DNA of 64,000 bases, taken from assembly GCA_037137535.1 (NCBI GenBank), contig JBAXKC010000001.1, forward strand, positions 224,001-288,000, in the 5' to 3' direction. Shown piece by piece: positions 21,109 to 31,329 of the stretch; position 1 is the first letter of the stretch; the number at the start of each line of letters is the position of its first letter. Source of the stretch: a bacterium. GTDB taxonomy: Bacteria; Cyanobacteriota; Vampirovibrionia; Gastranaerophilales; JBAXKC01. The notes beneath the pieces were generated by a model. The model made no database searches. It saw only the letters and a list, made by a program, of their open reading frames with translations, and had not been told where the DNA came from. Position numbers and translations under genes: made by a program.

Positions 21109-21125
21109 AGAAAAGGAGGAATGAA

Positions 21126-21437
21126 ATGGATGATCAAACAATGGAAGAAAAATTAATGATGATTCAATCTAGTGGATTTGCAGATTTATGGTCTGAAAAA
21201 ATACTTGTAATAACAGATGATTATGAAATAAACGGCTATGTCTTTCTACCTAAAACAGGAAGAAAAAATAGAGTTCTAACTGATATATTAAATGGAAGTA
21301 AACGCTTTATCGCAATTAAAGATGCGACATTAGTGCATAGAAAACAGCCTCATAAGCCAATAGAAGTACAAGATTTTATTCAGTTAAATCTTGATGCAAT
21401 AGTTATGATAAGACCAAGCATTAACACAGATACCTAA
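21126..21437 (+). CDS. Small hypothetical beta-rich protein ending the pilus operon
   Basis: AAAGGAGG RBS; 'EINGYVFLP...RVLTDILN...FIAIKDA' Sm-like pattern (inference). Confidence 0.7.
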   Translation: MDDQTMEEKLMMIQSSGFADLWSEKILVITDDYEINGYVFLPKTGRKNRVLTDILNGSKRFIAIKDATLVHRKQPHKPIEVQDFIQLNLDAIVMIRPSINTDT

Positions 21438-21495
21438 AAAAAGACTATAAAAAAAGGATTTATTTAAATAAATCCTTTTTTTTTATAGTCTTTTT
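21438..21495. terminator. Bidirectional terminator between the pilus operon and rplT
   Basis: Long palindrome aaaaagactataaaaaaaggatttat / ataaatcctttttttttatagtcttttt. Confidence 0.8.
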
Positions 21496-21507
21496 AATTT
21501 GTTGTAA

Positions 21508-21867
21508 TTAAGCAGAAACTTTTTCTTTTGCTAATTCAACAACTTTTTTGAATGCTTCAGCATCTCTTACTGCTAAATCAGCAAGCATTTTTCTGTTTAG
21601 ACCGATGTTAGCTTTTAAAACAGCATTGATAAATCTGCTATAGCTCATACCGTTTTGTCTTGCAGCAGCATTAATTCTAGTAATCCAAAGACGTCTGAAA
21701 TTTCTCTTTTTATTTCTTCTATCTCTGTATTGATATTTAAGAGCTTTCATTACAGCTTGATTAGCTACAACAAATAATCTGCTTCTAGCACCTTTAAAGC
21801 TTTTTGCAAGCTTAAGAATTTTTTTATGTCTCTTACGGAGAACGTTTCCGCGTTTAACCCTTGCCAT
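21508..21867 (-). CDS. rplT: 50S ribosomal protein L20
   Basis: MARVKRG...[23 protein letters not shown]. Confidence 0.98.
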   Translation of the reverse strand: MARVKRGNVLRKRHKKILKLAKSFKGARSRLFVVANQAVMKALKYQYRDRRNKKRNFRRLWITRINAAARQNGMSYSRFINAVLKANIGLNRKMLADLAVRDAEAFKKVVELAKEKVSA

Positions 21868-21882
21868 TTATCCGACTCCTTT

Positions 21883-22092
21883 TTATCTGGAATATTTCAT
21901 ATATGGTAATTCTAATTTGATTTTAGCTAAGTTTGACTCTGATACTTCTAACATAGAGGAAAGACCTCTTTTTCTTTTAGCTGACTTATGTGAGAGAAGG
22001 TGGCTTATTCCAGCTTGTCTGCGAAGTATTTTACCGCTAGCTGTTACTTTGTATCTTTTTGCTCCTGAGCGGTGAGTTTTCATTTTTGGCAT
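21883..22092 (-). CDS. rpmI: 50S ribosomal protein L35
   Basis: MPKMKTHRSGAKRYKVTASGK; ATG at 22092 after GGGAG. Confidence 0.97.
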   Translation of the reverse strand: MPKMKTHRSGAKRYKVTASGKILRRQAGISHLLSHKSAKRKRGLSSMLEVSESNLAKIKLELPYMKYSR

Positions 22093-22301
22093 ATTTACTG
22101 CTCCCAATTATATTAATCTGCTATTTAATTATTATTAAATGAAATTCGTAATTTATAATCTCTCAAAAATAAATTAAAATCAAGCGGTTTTATAAACTTA
22201 TCAGTTAAAACTCATGTCATTCAAATGTTTTCAAATATAAAATAAGCAAAACAGCCTGCAACTCATGCTGTGGCTGTTTTGAATACGCTTAGTTTAAAAA
22301 C

Positions 22302-22844
22302 CTAAGTGCTTGCCGGAGCAAGAATCATAAGAACGTTTTTACCGTCCATACTTGGTTTTTTCTCCATAATCATCGGTTCATTCTGAAGATCTTCTTCCAC
22401 TCTTCTCATAAGTTTGAATGCCAAATCGGAGTGTTGAGCTTCTCTACCTCTCATCATAATAAGGATTTTAACCTTATTACCTGAAGCTAAAAACTTTTGT
22501 ATGTTTTTAAGTTTAACGTTATAGTCATGACTATCAATCTTATAACGCATTTTAATTTCTTTTACTTCAACAACGTGTTGTTTCTTTTTTGCTTCTCTTG
22601 CTTTTTTCTCTGCTTCAAATTTATATTTGCCGTAATCTATTATTTTTGCAACAGGAGGAGATTGGTTAGGGCTTACTACTACTAGGTCAAGACCTTTATC
22701 ATAAGCCATTTTTAATGCGTCCACTGTTTGCACTACGCCATGTTTTGTCCCTTCGTCATCAATGAGAAGAACTTCTTTAGATCTTATATCCTCATTAATT
22801 CCCGGCTGACCGGCTCTTGCTCCTGAAAATCTTGCGTTGCTAAT
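22302..22844 (-). CDS. infC: Translation initiation factor IF-3 (ATT start codon, 180 aa)
   Basis: Frame is open 37 codons upstream of the track start and includes INEDIRSKEVLLID; ATT at 22844 follows GGAGG; PPVAKIIDYGKYKFE, VKEIKMR. Confidence 0.95.
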   Translation of the reverse strand: MSNARFSGARAGQPGINEDIRSKEVLLIDDEGTKHGVVQTVDALKMAYDKGLDLVVVSPNQSPPVAKIIDYGKYKFEAEKKAREAKKKQHVVEVKEIKMRYKIDSHDYNVKLKNIQKFLASGNKVKILIMMRGREAQHSDLAFKLMRRVEEDLQNEPMIMEKKPSMDGKNVLMILAPAST

Positions 22845-23121
22845 GGGTTAATCCTCCATATATTTTAATATTATAATTGAACTTTATATAATATGCCTTT
22901 TAATTTGCATTTATACTATTTCACCATTTTGGCGAATATCAACTAATATAATGTTACTACACCACACTTATATTGTAAATAATCTTAATTGTTGTCTGAT
23001 TGGCCTAAAGACAATTTCTATTAATTTTTGTAACAGTATTTAAACTTTGCGCAATTTTCATAAATAGTTTGTTTTTATATATATACAAAGCAAAGCTCTC
23101 TCTTCTTAATTTTACTCACAG

Positions 23122-23147
23122 TAAGCTCCTTAATCGGAGCTTTTTTT
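23122..23147 (+). terminator. Orphan intrinsic terminator upstream of ppaC
   Basis: aagctcc-ttaatc-ggagc followed by T7, with no + strand ORF ending before it. Confidence 0.6.
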
Positions 23148-23250
23148 ATTTTTTGCCATAATAAAAAACTAAAAAATTAAAAATTATATATTTAAGTTAT
23201 CAGCAATTAATGATATAATTTGGCGGTAAATCAACGTAAATGGTGATAAA

Positions 23251-24879
23251 ATGCCGAAACCTATATATGTTATCGGTCACAGAAATCCCGATACTGACTC
23301 TATATGCTCTGCAATAGGATATGCCTATTTAAAACAATCATTAGGAGAGAATGCTATTGCTGCCAGAGCGGGCAAAATAAATGCTGAAACAAAATATGTT
23401 TTAGAATATTTCAATGTTGAAATTCCTGTTTATATTGATGATCTTTATCCAAGAGTTAAAGATGTAATGTCTGAAAGCTCCGCTACCATTAATGAAAATG
23501 GAAGTGTAAGAGAGCTAGGCAACATCATGAAAAAATATAACGTAAAATCTGTCCCTGTGTTAAAAGAAGACAAATCACTTGTAGGGATGGTGTCTGTAGG
23601 AGATTTGGCAAAAAGATATTTTGATGAGCTGGGAATTCAGGACTTAGGACTTGCAGATGTAACATTTGAAGCCATTTTAAAGACTATAGAAGCCTCAGTA
23701 GTATGCGGAAAAGATTTAGAACGAGGAATAGCCGGCAAAGTAAGAATTGCGGCGGCTAAAACAGATACTTTACTTAAAAAACTTCAAAAAAATGATATTA
23801 TTATCACCGGTGACAGAGTGCAAGCGCATCTTATAGCAATAGGAAGAGGCGTAGCCTGTCTAATAGTAACTGGAAACGGCGAAGTAGATTCAAAAGTTGC
23901 AAGAGAAGCAGAAAAAAACAATGTAATTATACTGAAAACAGCCTATGACACTTACACTTGCGCTAGACTTATAAATCAATCCATTCCTGTAAGAATGATA
24001 ATGGAAAGAAAAATTATTACCTTTAAACCTACTGAATTAGTTTCTGACATTAAAGATACAATAATTAATTCTCACTTTAGAAATTATCCTGTTGTCGAAA
24101 ATGGCAAGTTTGTAGGGTTTATCAGCAGAGATAGATTAATCGTTCCTGAAAGGCAAAAAGTTATTTTAATCGATCATAATGAATATACTCAAGCGGTTGA
24201 AGGTGTTGAAGAAGCACAAATTCTTGAAATAATTGACCATCACAGACTTGGCGGAATTCAAACCAGTGAACCTATTTTTATAAGACATGAACCTGTCGGA
24301 TGTACCGCAACTATAGTTGCTAATATGCTTTGGCATAGATGTATCCCTGTAAGCAGAACAATAGCAGGAGTTTTACTATCTGCTATTATCTCTGACACAA
24401 TGTTATTCAAATCACCGACCTCCACAACCAATGATAAAGAAACAGCAGAAAAGCTTGCGAAGATTGCTGAAATGGATCTGAATGCTTACGGTATTGAAAT
24501 GCTAAAAGCTGGTGGAACTCATACAGATATGACATCAGGCGAGATAGTCCACAATGACTTAAAAGAATTTAATATGGGAAGATATAGAGTTTCAGTCGGT
24601 CAATTCTCCGTTATGGATGCAGATCCTTTATTAAAAATGAAATTAGACATTTTAAAATATATGAATGAACTGCAAAGCCGTGAAAGATATGATATGAGCA
24701 TGCTTATGGTTACTGATATCATTAGTGAAAAAACTCATTTATTCTGCACAGAGGCGTCTACTGAGTTTGTTTCTCGTGCTTTCAAGAAAGAAGTTAATGA
24801 CAATATACTTCTTCTACCTAATGTAATGTCAAGAAAAAAACAAGTTATACCACCGCTGATAGAGGCATCAAAAATGTAA
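23251..24879 (+). CDS. ppaC: Family II Mn-dependent inorganic pyrophosphatase with CBS and DRTGG insert (CBS-PPase)
   Basis: GHRNPDTDS, IDHNE, IIDHH, SDT, SRKKQ; CBS pair flanking a DRTGG-like 'ITGDR' domain. Confidence 0.92.
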   Translation: MPKPIYVIGHRNPDTDSICSAIGYAYLKQSLGENAIAARAGKINAETKYVLEYFNVEIPVYIDDLYPRVKDVMSESSATINENGSVRELGNIMKKYNVKSVPVLKEDKSLVGMVSVGDLAKRYFDELGIQDLGLADVTFEAILKTIEASVVCGKDLERGIAGKVRIAAAKTDTLLKKLQKNDIIITGDRVQAHLIAIGRGVACLIVTGNGEVDSKVAREAEKNNVIILKTAYDTYTCARLINQSIPVRMIMERKIITFKPTELVSDIKDTIINSHFRNYPVVENGKFVGFISRDRLIVPERQKVILIDHNEYTQAVEGVEEAQILEIIDHHRLGGIQTSEPIFIRHEPVGCTATIVANMLWHRCIPVSRTIAGVLLSAIISDTMLFKSPTSTTNDKETAEKLAKIAEMDLNAYGIEMLKAGGTHTDMTSGEIVHNDLKEFNMGRYRVSVGQFSVMDADPLLKMKLDILKYMNELQSRERYDMSMLMVTDIISEKTHLFCTEASTEFVSRAFKKEVNDNILLLPNVMSRKKQVIPPLIEASKM

Positions 24880-24928
24880 TTTTTGTGTTATAACTCTATA
24901 AAGTGATGTTTTCTTTGGGAGTCTAACA

Positions 24929-25120
24929 ATGGAAAAAATAACCTTAAGATCAGACAGAAGCTCTGATTATGTATTTACTTATAAAGGCGAAGAAGTAGTT
25001 CTCGCAGCAGGCAAATCAATGGATGTAGCCGGTGGAATATCTGATTTGGTGCTTCCTACCTGCATAATGAAAATTATTAGAGGTGTTATTGTAATTAAAG
25101 ATGATGCACCAAAAGCATAA
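24929..25120 (+). CDS. Small hypothetical protein (63 aa)
   Basis: GGGAG RBS, protein-like composition, followed by a terminator. Confidence 0.65.
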   Translation: MEKITLRSDRSSDYVFTYKGEEVVLAAGKSMDVAGGISDLVLPTCIMKIIRGVIVIKDDAPKA

Positions 25121-25140
25121 TAATTTATAAAATATAAAAA

Positions 25141-25176
25141 AATTCCCTTTTGTTAATGAGCAAAAGGGAATCTTTT
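25141..25176. terminator. Bidirectional terminator
   Basis: attcccttttg / caaaagggaat stem between convergent genes. Confidence 0.75.
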
Positions 25177-26090
25177 TATATTTTAAATGTTTGAAATACA
25201 GACTGATTAGGAATGTTAATTACAGGCGGTTTAATAATTGCTTTATTTGATAAGGGAGGAGGCGTTAAATTTGACTTAGGTAAAGGCTCAACTGCCTTAA
25301 AACTGGCAACCAACGGGTGAGGAGTATCAACAGCATTTTCTAAAATATTCAAAGACGTTTTTGAAGCATTTTGACTAATTATTTCCTCTTTTTTAAGCTC
25401 ACCTTTTTTCATGTGCTCTTTAAATCCTTTAGCGACAAAGTTTCTGAGAGGAGGAGTAAGGATACTTAATCCAACAATCATTCCAGCAATATTTGTAAGA
25501 TTTCCCATTGCTCCATGAAAGTTTTTAACGGTTTTACATAAATTTGTATCTAATGTATTAATTTTTGAACGAAGAGCTTCAGCTGTCTCAACAATTGATT
25601 TATCGGGATTAATCGCAACCCCAAATCTAGAAGCAGTTGTATTAACAATATCCGTAAGATCTTTAACCTTTTTAGGCTCCTTAGGTAATTCTTCGCATAA
25701 AAGAGTCTTGATAAAATTTCCTATATCTTTATTTGTTACAATTTTATTATTGCCAGCAATTTTATTTTCATATTTAGTAATAAACTCATTTACTTCATGA
25801 GGAATAATAAGACCAGATTTAACCAAACCTTTTCCAATAAAACCAAAACCTAAAGCAGCACCCATAAATACACAAATTTTAATTCCTCCTTCAATTAATT
25901 CTTGAGGGATCATAAATTTTTTAGAGTCTTCAGGAACTTCCTTATTTATTTTTATAGCAACTGCTTGCAGTCCACAGAGTAAAGAAAAATTAAAAGCATT
26001 TGCTATTCTTAGAAAATTTTCATTATCTTTATATTTAAATGAAGTCATAGTTTGAAGAAGTTTGTCACGAAATTCTATAATCTTAGACAT
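25176..26090 (-). CDS. Hypothetical membrane-associated protein with Pro-rich tail
   Basis: Several moderately hydrophobic segments; TAATG coupling to the upstream gene. Confidence 0.75.
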   Translation of the reverse strand: MSKIIEFRDKLLQTMTSFKYKDNENFLRIANAFNFSLLCGLQAVAIKINKEVPEDSKKFMIPQELIEGGIKICVFMGAALGFGFIGKGLVKSGLIIPHEVNEFITKYENKIAGNNKIVTNKDIGNFIKTLLCEELPKEPKKVKDLTDIVNTTASRFGVAINPDKSIVETAEALRSKINTLDTNLCKTVKNFHGAMGNLTNIAGMIVGLSILTPPLRNFVAKGFKEHMKKGELKKEEIISQNASKTSLNILENAVDTPHPLVASFKAVEPLPKSNLTPPPLSNKAIIKPPVINIPNQSVFQTFKI

Positions 26091-26728
26091 TAGTGCCCCC
26101 CATTTTTCTTATGCTTTGTTGTTGCTTCAGGGCAAATCAATGACATAACTTTATTCATAGAATAATTCATTACCGGAATATCCAATGAAAGAGTAAAAAG
26201 TACTGTTGTTACTACACCTACGACATCACCAAAACAATCTGCAAGCTTTTTACCAGATTTAATAAGGCTTTCACCTGTTTTTTTATTTAAAATAACTTCA
26301 CTGTTTGGAGTTATAATATCGTGAAAAATATCATTTCCTGCCTTTTTACTAAGTCCGGGAAATGTTTCTTGAATCTTTTTTATCGCAAGCTCTGGACTGC
26401 CTTTTAGTTCTTCAACTGCAGGTTTTAACTTTTTTATAGCATTAATAAAACATTGTCTTCCCTGTTTTTGTCCTATATATCTTGCTGCAACTCCTGTTAA
26501 CGTTCCAATAATAATTTTAGAACAAGTTTTTACAACTGAATATTTTCTATCCTCTTTACTTAACTTTCTGTTGCTGTAATAATCCACCGCAGGCTCAATA
26601 GCAATAGCTCCTGCACCAATACCAAGCCTAGTTACATAATTGTCAAGATTTGCAAAATTTTCAAGAGTTTGCATTTTTATAGGTTTTAATACCATTCTAT
26701 TAGGGGTTGGAATTCCAAGTATCTTCAC
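26090..26728 (-). CDS. Hypothetical membrane-associated protein
   Basis: GTG at 26728 after AAGGAGAGGGG; hydrophobic segments LGIGAGAIAI, IIIGTLTGVAA, VVGVVTTVLFTL. Confidence 0.75.
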   Translation of the reverse strand: MKILGIPTPNRMVLKPIKMQTLENFANLDNYVTRLGIGAGAIAIEPAVDYYSNRKLSKEDRKYSVVKTCSKIIIGTLTGVAARYIGQKQGRQCFINAIKKLKPAVEELKGSPELAIKKIQETFPGLSKKAGNDIFHDIITPNSEVILNKKTGESLIKSGKKLADCFGDVVGVVTTVLFTLSLDIPVMNYSMNKVMSLICPEATTKHKKNGGH

Positions 26729-27002
26729 AAAATCCCCTCTCCTTCTAATCAATTACTCTATACTCATGAAAATTTGTTGTTACTTAAATTTAATTCTAAA
26801 TAACACCTTTCCAATGAGCATCTTTTTTGTGGTAACTCTTCATTAAAATGCCTAAATGGAAAAGTCTTTAAACTTTATCCATTTTATTTCGCCATTCATG
26901 ATCTCTTGCTTCTAAATATAAAAGCCTCATATATTATTTAAAACATATAAAATCAAAAAATTGTCGATTCTTTATATAATTTTTACATTTGTTTAGTACT
27001 AC

Positions 27003-27182
27003 CTAGAGTAAGTTCCAGCTTGTTCTCAGTTCAAAACCACTGTTGTCAGGGCGTTTATGAAAATAGCCGACGGTTTCGCTACATGCTGTGCCTTTTGCCA
27101 TGCTTTTAATAACTTGAGCAAATATTTTAGTTTTATGATCAACGATATAGTCATTGATGTTTGTTACAAATTCAACCTTCAT
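27003..27182 (-). CDS. Small hypothetical protein (59 aa)
   Basis: ATG at 27182 after GGGGA; sits alone in an intergenic gap; no recognisable motif. Confidence 0.45.
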   Translation of the reverse strand: MKVEFVTNINDYIVDHKTKIFAQVIKSMAKGTACSETVGYFHKRPDNSGFELRTSWNLL

Positions 27183-27253
27183 TTTTTTATTCCCCAATCG
27201 ACGATATTTAATTTTTATCCCTAAATAATTTCTTTTTGTATTAAAAATAGTAA

Positions 27254-27320
27254 AAACTTTTATTGCTTAACCTTATTGTAAAACAATTATATTTTACAAT
27301 AAGGTTAAAAGCAAAAAGTT
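27254..27320 (-). terminator. Long hairpin downstream of the SNF2 gene
   Basis: ttaaccttattgtaaaa / ttttacaataaggttaa arms. Confidence 0.65.
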
Positions 27321-27335
27321 GAAGTTATATTAATA

Positions 27336-30300
27336 TTAAAACCGATTGAGCGAGAAAATTTCCATAAGTTCTTCATTAGAAAGTTCGGATAACCAATTTT
27401 CCCCTGCAGATACGGTTAAATTAGCAAGTTCTCTTTTATTTTTGATCATCTCGTCAATTTTTTCTTCAAAAGTTCCAAGAGTTATCAACCTGTGAATAAT
27501 AACGTTTTTATCCTGTCCAATCCTATAAGCTCTATCAGTAGCCTGATCTTCAACGGCAGGATTCCACCATAAATCATAATGGATAATATTATTAGCCGCT
27601 GTAAGGTTAAGACCTGTTCCACCAGCTTTTAAAGACAGAATTAAAAACTTTACGTCATCTTTAGTTTGAAAATCTTCTACAATTTTATCTCTTTTTTTAG
27701 TTGAAAGACTGCCGTGGAAAAAATAAGATTTTTCGCCTAACTCTTTTTCAATCATTTTTTGCAGAATCTCACCCATACCTTTATATTGAGTAAAAATCAG
27801 CGCTTTTTCATTTGATTCAATAAGGTTTTCCAAAATTGACAAAGCTTTTTCTGATTTTCCTGATAAAGCCTTTCCTATTTCAGCACTTTCCTGATATAAA
27901 GCAGGGTGATTACAAATTTGTTTCAATGCGGTAATCAGCTTAAAAATTAAACCTTTTCTCTGAATACCTGCACTTCTTTCAATAAGCGAAACGGTACTTT
28001 CCAATGTTTTCTGATATAAAACAGCCTGTTCTTTTGATAAATAACAATATTCATCAAATACGATTTTATCAGGCAGGTCAGAAATGATGGTCTTATCTGT
28101 TTTTAATCTTCTCATCAAGAATGGAGAAGTTGCAAAACAGAGTTTTTCCGCTTTATCTAAATCATGATTTCTTTCGATAGGAATTGCATAACTTTTTTGG
28201 AAGGTCGACAAATCAGCCAAATATCCGACATTTATAAAGTCAAAAATACTCCATAGCTCAGTAAGCCTATTTTCAACAGGTGTACCACTCATCGCAATGT
28301 TATTTTCAGCTTTAATTGACTTAATCGCCAGAGTTTGAGCTGTTTCAGGGTTTTTGATGTTTTGAGCTTCATCGACAATTAAAACTTTCCAGTCCCTATC
28401 TTTGAATTTATCAAAATCCATTCTAAGCATAGTATATGTTGTTATTACGATATCAACTTTTTCCTCTGAAAAGACTCTGTCAGGTCCATGATAAATATAA
28501 GCATTCAGGTCAGGAGCAAATTTATTACTTTCCTTATACCAGTTACCTATAAGAGTAGTAGGACACACCACCAAAGCAGGTTTATCGAGCTTATTATCTT
28601 CTTTTAACTTTAAAATAAGTGAAAGAACTTGTATTGTTTTACCTAAACCCATATCATCAGCCAAACATGAACCAAATCCTTTTTTCATGTTTGAATAAAG
28701 CCACTTAAATCCTCTTTCTTGATAAGGTCTTAAAGTTGCATTTAATCCATGAGGAGTATCAATATCTTCAATTCTTACTATATTTTCAAGCACTTTTTTA
28801 ATAGCTTCATCAGGATAAAATTCTACATCCTGATATAGACCTGAAAAGGCTGTATGTAAAAATTCAGCAGAATTTTTAAGTTTCGGCGGTTCTTGATCAA
28901 GCTTTTTAAGCATTGAATCAATTTCACCGGGATTTAATAAAATATATTGTCCGTCATATTCTATAATGCCATCACTATCTTTTATCAACTCTTCAAATTC
29001 TTCTTTTGTTATTGTTTTATCACCAAGCGAAACCTCATAAGAAAAAGAAAGGATATCATCAATTTTTAAGGCGGAGTCTTTGCTTTCAGCGAAAAAAAGT
29101 TCAGGATTTAAATTTTTCTTTCTCAGTTTAGGTCTTGCAACAACTTTTGGAGAAACAACCTTTGTTAATTCTTTAGGAGTTTTAAACAATACGCCCAAGC
29201 GTTCAAGAGTTCTGGCAGTTCTTGTGATTATATCAAAAGCTGCATCTGCTCCAAGTGTAAAACTTTTTAAGTTTTCATCATCTACAATCTTGCCAAGTTC
29301 AGGAAAATAAACAGATGAATATTTAAGCTGTTTTAAAATATCCGAATAATTAAGTCCCTTTTCTTCCAATATAACTTTGTTAAAAGGCAATGGTGTTTCT
29401 TCAGGGCTATTTCTATTAATTATTTCAATAGTTACATCATAAACTATCTGCTTATTTTTATTCTGAATTTTTTCAAATTTAATTACGGGAGTATAATCAC
29501 AACTTCCGATAATAAGCCTAAAAAGCCATTCATTAATTTCATCTGCAAAATTCTGACCTTCTTGAGATTCAACTTTTAATACAAGATTTTTTATAAAAAG
29601 ATTTATAATATTGCTGTTTTTTACTTTTAAAGGCTTTATAAACAAAGCTTTATGGACAATATGATTTAAAAACAGGGCTAATATTTCTTTTAATTCAAAA
29701 TTTATTATATTTTTATTTTCGTCAAAGAAAATTATATTTGATTTTATTTCCCTTAAAGTTTCAGTTACCTCTCTTACAGCACTATTCTGCATAAAAGGAA
29801 CATAACTAACTTTAAATCTGCTATCTTTTTCATATTTAATTTGAGGAATTAAATTATAAGATTCAGCAAGTTTAATTGCAAAATCAGCACAAAGAGAATA
29901 AAAAATAGCTGATTCAGAGGCTTCTTCTCTATTTATACTTGAGTGGAGGTATAAGAAATACTCGATAAAATCATCAAGCGAAATGATTAAACCTTCTTTT
30001 TCGCTAAATTCAATACCATTTTCTGTTTTTTGCGGAATATTAATATATTCAGTTACTATTCTAGCTCTTGAGCCTTTAGATTTTAAATAGAATAAAAAAG
30101 AGTTATAAGGAGTAATAAGGACTTTTAACTGATTAGCATTGTCCCTATATATATAGAAACAGGAATCAGCCTTTATCGACTGACCAACAGGCTCATCATA
30201 CATTGTCTCAATGAGTTCGCCGACTGTTTCATAAATTTTCAATAAATGTGCTTTAAAATCGCCTTTTTCAAAGAAATCGGGTTTAGGCGGTAAAATTGAT

Positions 30301-30365
30301 AAAAAATCATTCAGATCATTTTTTTGAGGTGTGAAATTAATTGTTTTTTGGGCTTTTTCAAGCAT
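27336..30365 (-). CDS. SNF2-family helicase/ATPase
   Basis: LRPYQ, LADDMGLGKT, VDEAQNIKN, SGTPVEN, LKAGGTGLNLTAAN, WWNPAVEDQATDRAYRIGQ. Confidence 0.93.
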   Translation of the reverse strand: MLEKAQKTINFTPQKNDLNDFLSILPPKPDFFEKGDFKAHLLKIYETVGELIETMYDEPVGQSIKADSCFYIYRDNANQLKVLITPYNSFLFYLKSKGSRARIVTEYINIPQKTENGIEFSEKEGLIISLDDFIEYFLYLHSSINREEASESAIFYSLCADFAIKLAESYNLIPQIKYEKDSRFKVSYVPFMQNSAVREVTETLREIKSNIIFFDENKNIINFELKEILALFLNHIVHKALFIKPLKVKNSNIINLFIKNLVLKVESQEGQNFADEINEWLFRLIIGSCDYTPVIKFEKIQNKNKQIVYDVTIEIINRNSPEETPLPFNKVILEEKGLNYSDILKQLKYSSVYFPELGKIVDDENLKSFTLGADAAFDIITRTARTLERLGVLFKTPKELTKVVSPKVVARPKLRKKNLNPELFFAESKDSALKIDDILSFSYEVSLGDKTITKEEFEELIKDSDGIIEYDGQYILLNPGEIDSMLKKLDQEPPKLKNSAEFLHTAFSGLYQDVEFYPDEAIKKVLENIVRIEDIDTPHGLNATLRPYQERGFKWLYSNMKKGFGSCLADDMGLGKTIQVLSLILKLKEDNKLDKPALVVCPTTLIGNWYKESNKFAPDLNAYIYHGPDRVFSEEKVDIVITTYTMLRMDFDKFKDRDWKVLIVDEAQNIKNPETAQTLAIKSIKAENNIAMSGTPVENRLTELWSIFDFINVGYLADLSTFQKSYAIPIERNHDLDKAEKLCFATSPFLMRRLKTDKTIISDLPDKIVFDEYCYLSKEQAVLYQKTLESTVSLIERSAGIQRKGLIFKLITALKQICNHPALYQESAEIGKALSGKSEKALSILENLIESNEKALIFTQYKGMGEILQKMIEKELGEKSYFFHGSLSTKKRDKIVEDFQTKDDVKFLILSLKAGGTGLNLTAANNIIHYDLWWNPAVEDQATDRAYRIGQDKNVIIHRLITLGTFEEKIDEMIKNKRELANLTVSAGENWLSELSNEELMEIFSLNRF

Positions 30366-30465
30366 TTGTTATATATTCCGCAATCTATTTTAACTAACTA
30401 TATGCTATACAAGCATTATTTTATTTTAATATAAAAGTGCTTTGATTATTAGCTAAACTTTAGTT

Positions 30466-31329
30466 TTATTTATTTTTTCTTGCTATTATCACTCTGTCAA
30501 TTCCTGCAAAATCTGGAATAATAGCCATCACGGTGAAATTATTTTTTATAAACAATTCTTTAACACTTTGAGATTGATCAATTCCAAGCTCAAATAAGAT
30601 AAATCCATTTTTATTTAATTTTTCAACTGCTTGTTCAATTATATTTCGATAGAAAAAAAGCCCGTTTTCGTCTGCAAATAAAGCAAGATGAGGCTCATGT
30701 AAAGCCACTTCGGACTGCATTGTCTTTAACTCTTTTATATCAATATAAGGAGGATTTGAAACAATTATATCGATATTTTTATCTATATTTTGAAGTAAAT
30801 CAGAATTTAAAAAAGTTAAATTATTTAGAACTCCAAGTTTAGAAGCATTTTCTCGTGCCATATTAAGAGATTCTTCAGAAATATCAATACTAAAAATATT
30901 TATATCGCTCAAAAGCTTAGCAATCATAATGGCAATACAACCTGAACCAGTGCCTATATCAACAATAAAAGGAGTATCAAATAAATTTACGGTCTTTATT
31001 GTTTCATTAACAAGAATTTCAGTTTCAGGTCTGGGTATAAGCACATTTTTATTAACTTTAAAGCATTCCCCCATAAAATAAGCCTCTCCCGTAATGTATT
31101 GTACGGGAAGTTTTTCTTCTATTCTCAATTTAACAGCTTTTTGTATTTCTGTATAAACATCTTCATTTAAAATCATATTCGGATTTAATATTAAATCTTT
31201 TTTTGTTATTTTTGCAAAATGCTCAAGCAAAATATAAACTTCGCAAACCGCTTCCTCATGAGAAATACCGTCTCTTTCAAGCAAAGAAACGGTATTTTTA
31301 ATCAACTTATTAATGGAATAATTAGTCAT
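30466..31329 (-). CDS. prmC: Release factor glutamine methyltransferase
   Basis: [20 protein letters not shown]; overlaps the prfA 3' end. Confidence 0.95.
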   Translation of the reverse strand: MTNYSINKLIKNTVSLLERDGISHEEAVCEVYILLEHFAKITKKDLILNPNMILNEDVYTEIQKAVKLRIEEKLPVQYITGEAYFMGECFKVNKNVLIPRPETEILVNETIKTVNLFDTPFIVDIGTGSGCIAIMIAKLLSDINIFSIDISEESLNMARENASKLGVLNNLTFLNSDLLQNIDKNIDIIVSNPPYIDIKELKTMQSEVALHEPHLALFADENGLFFYRNIIEQAVEKLNKNGFILFELGIDQSQSVKELFIKNNFTVMAIIPDFAGIDRVIIARKNK

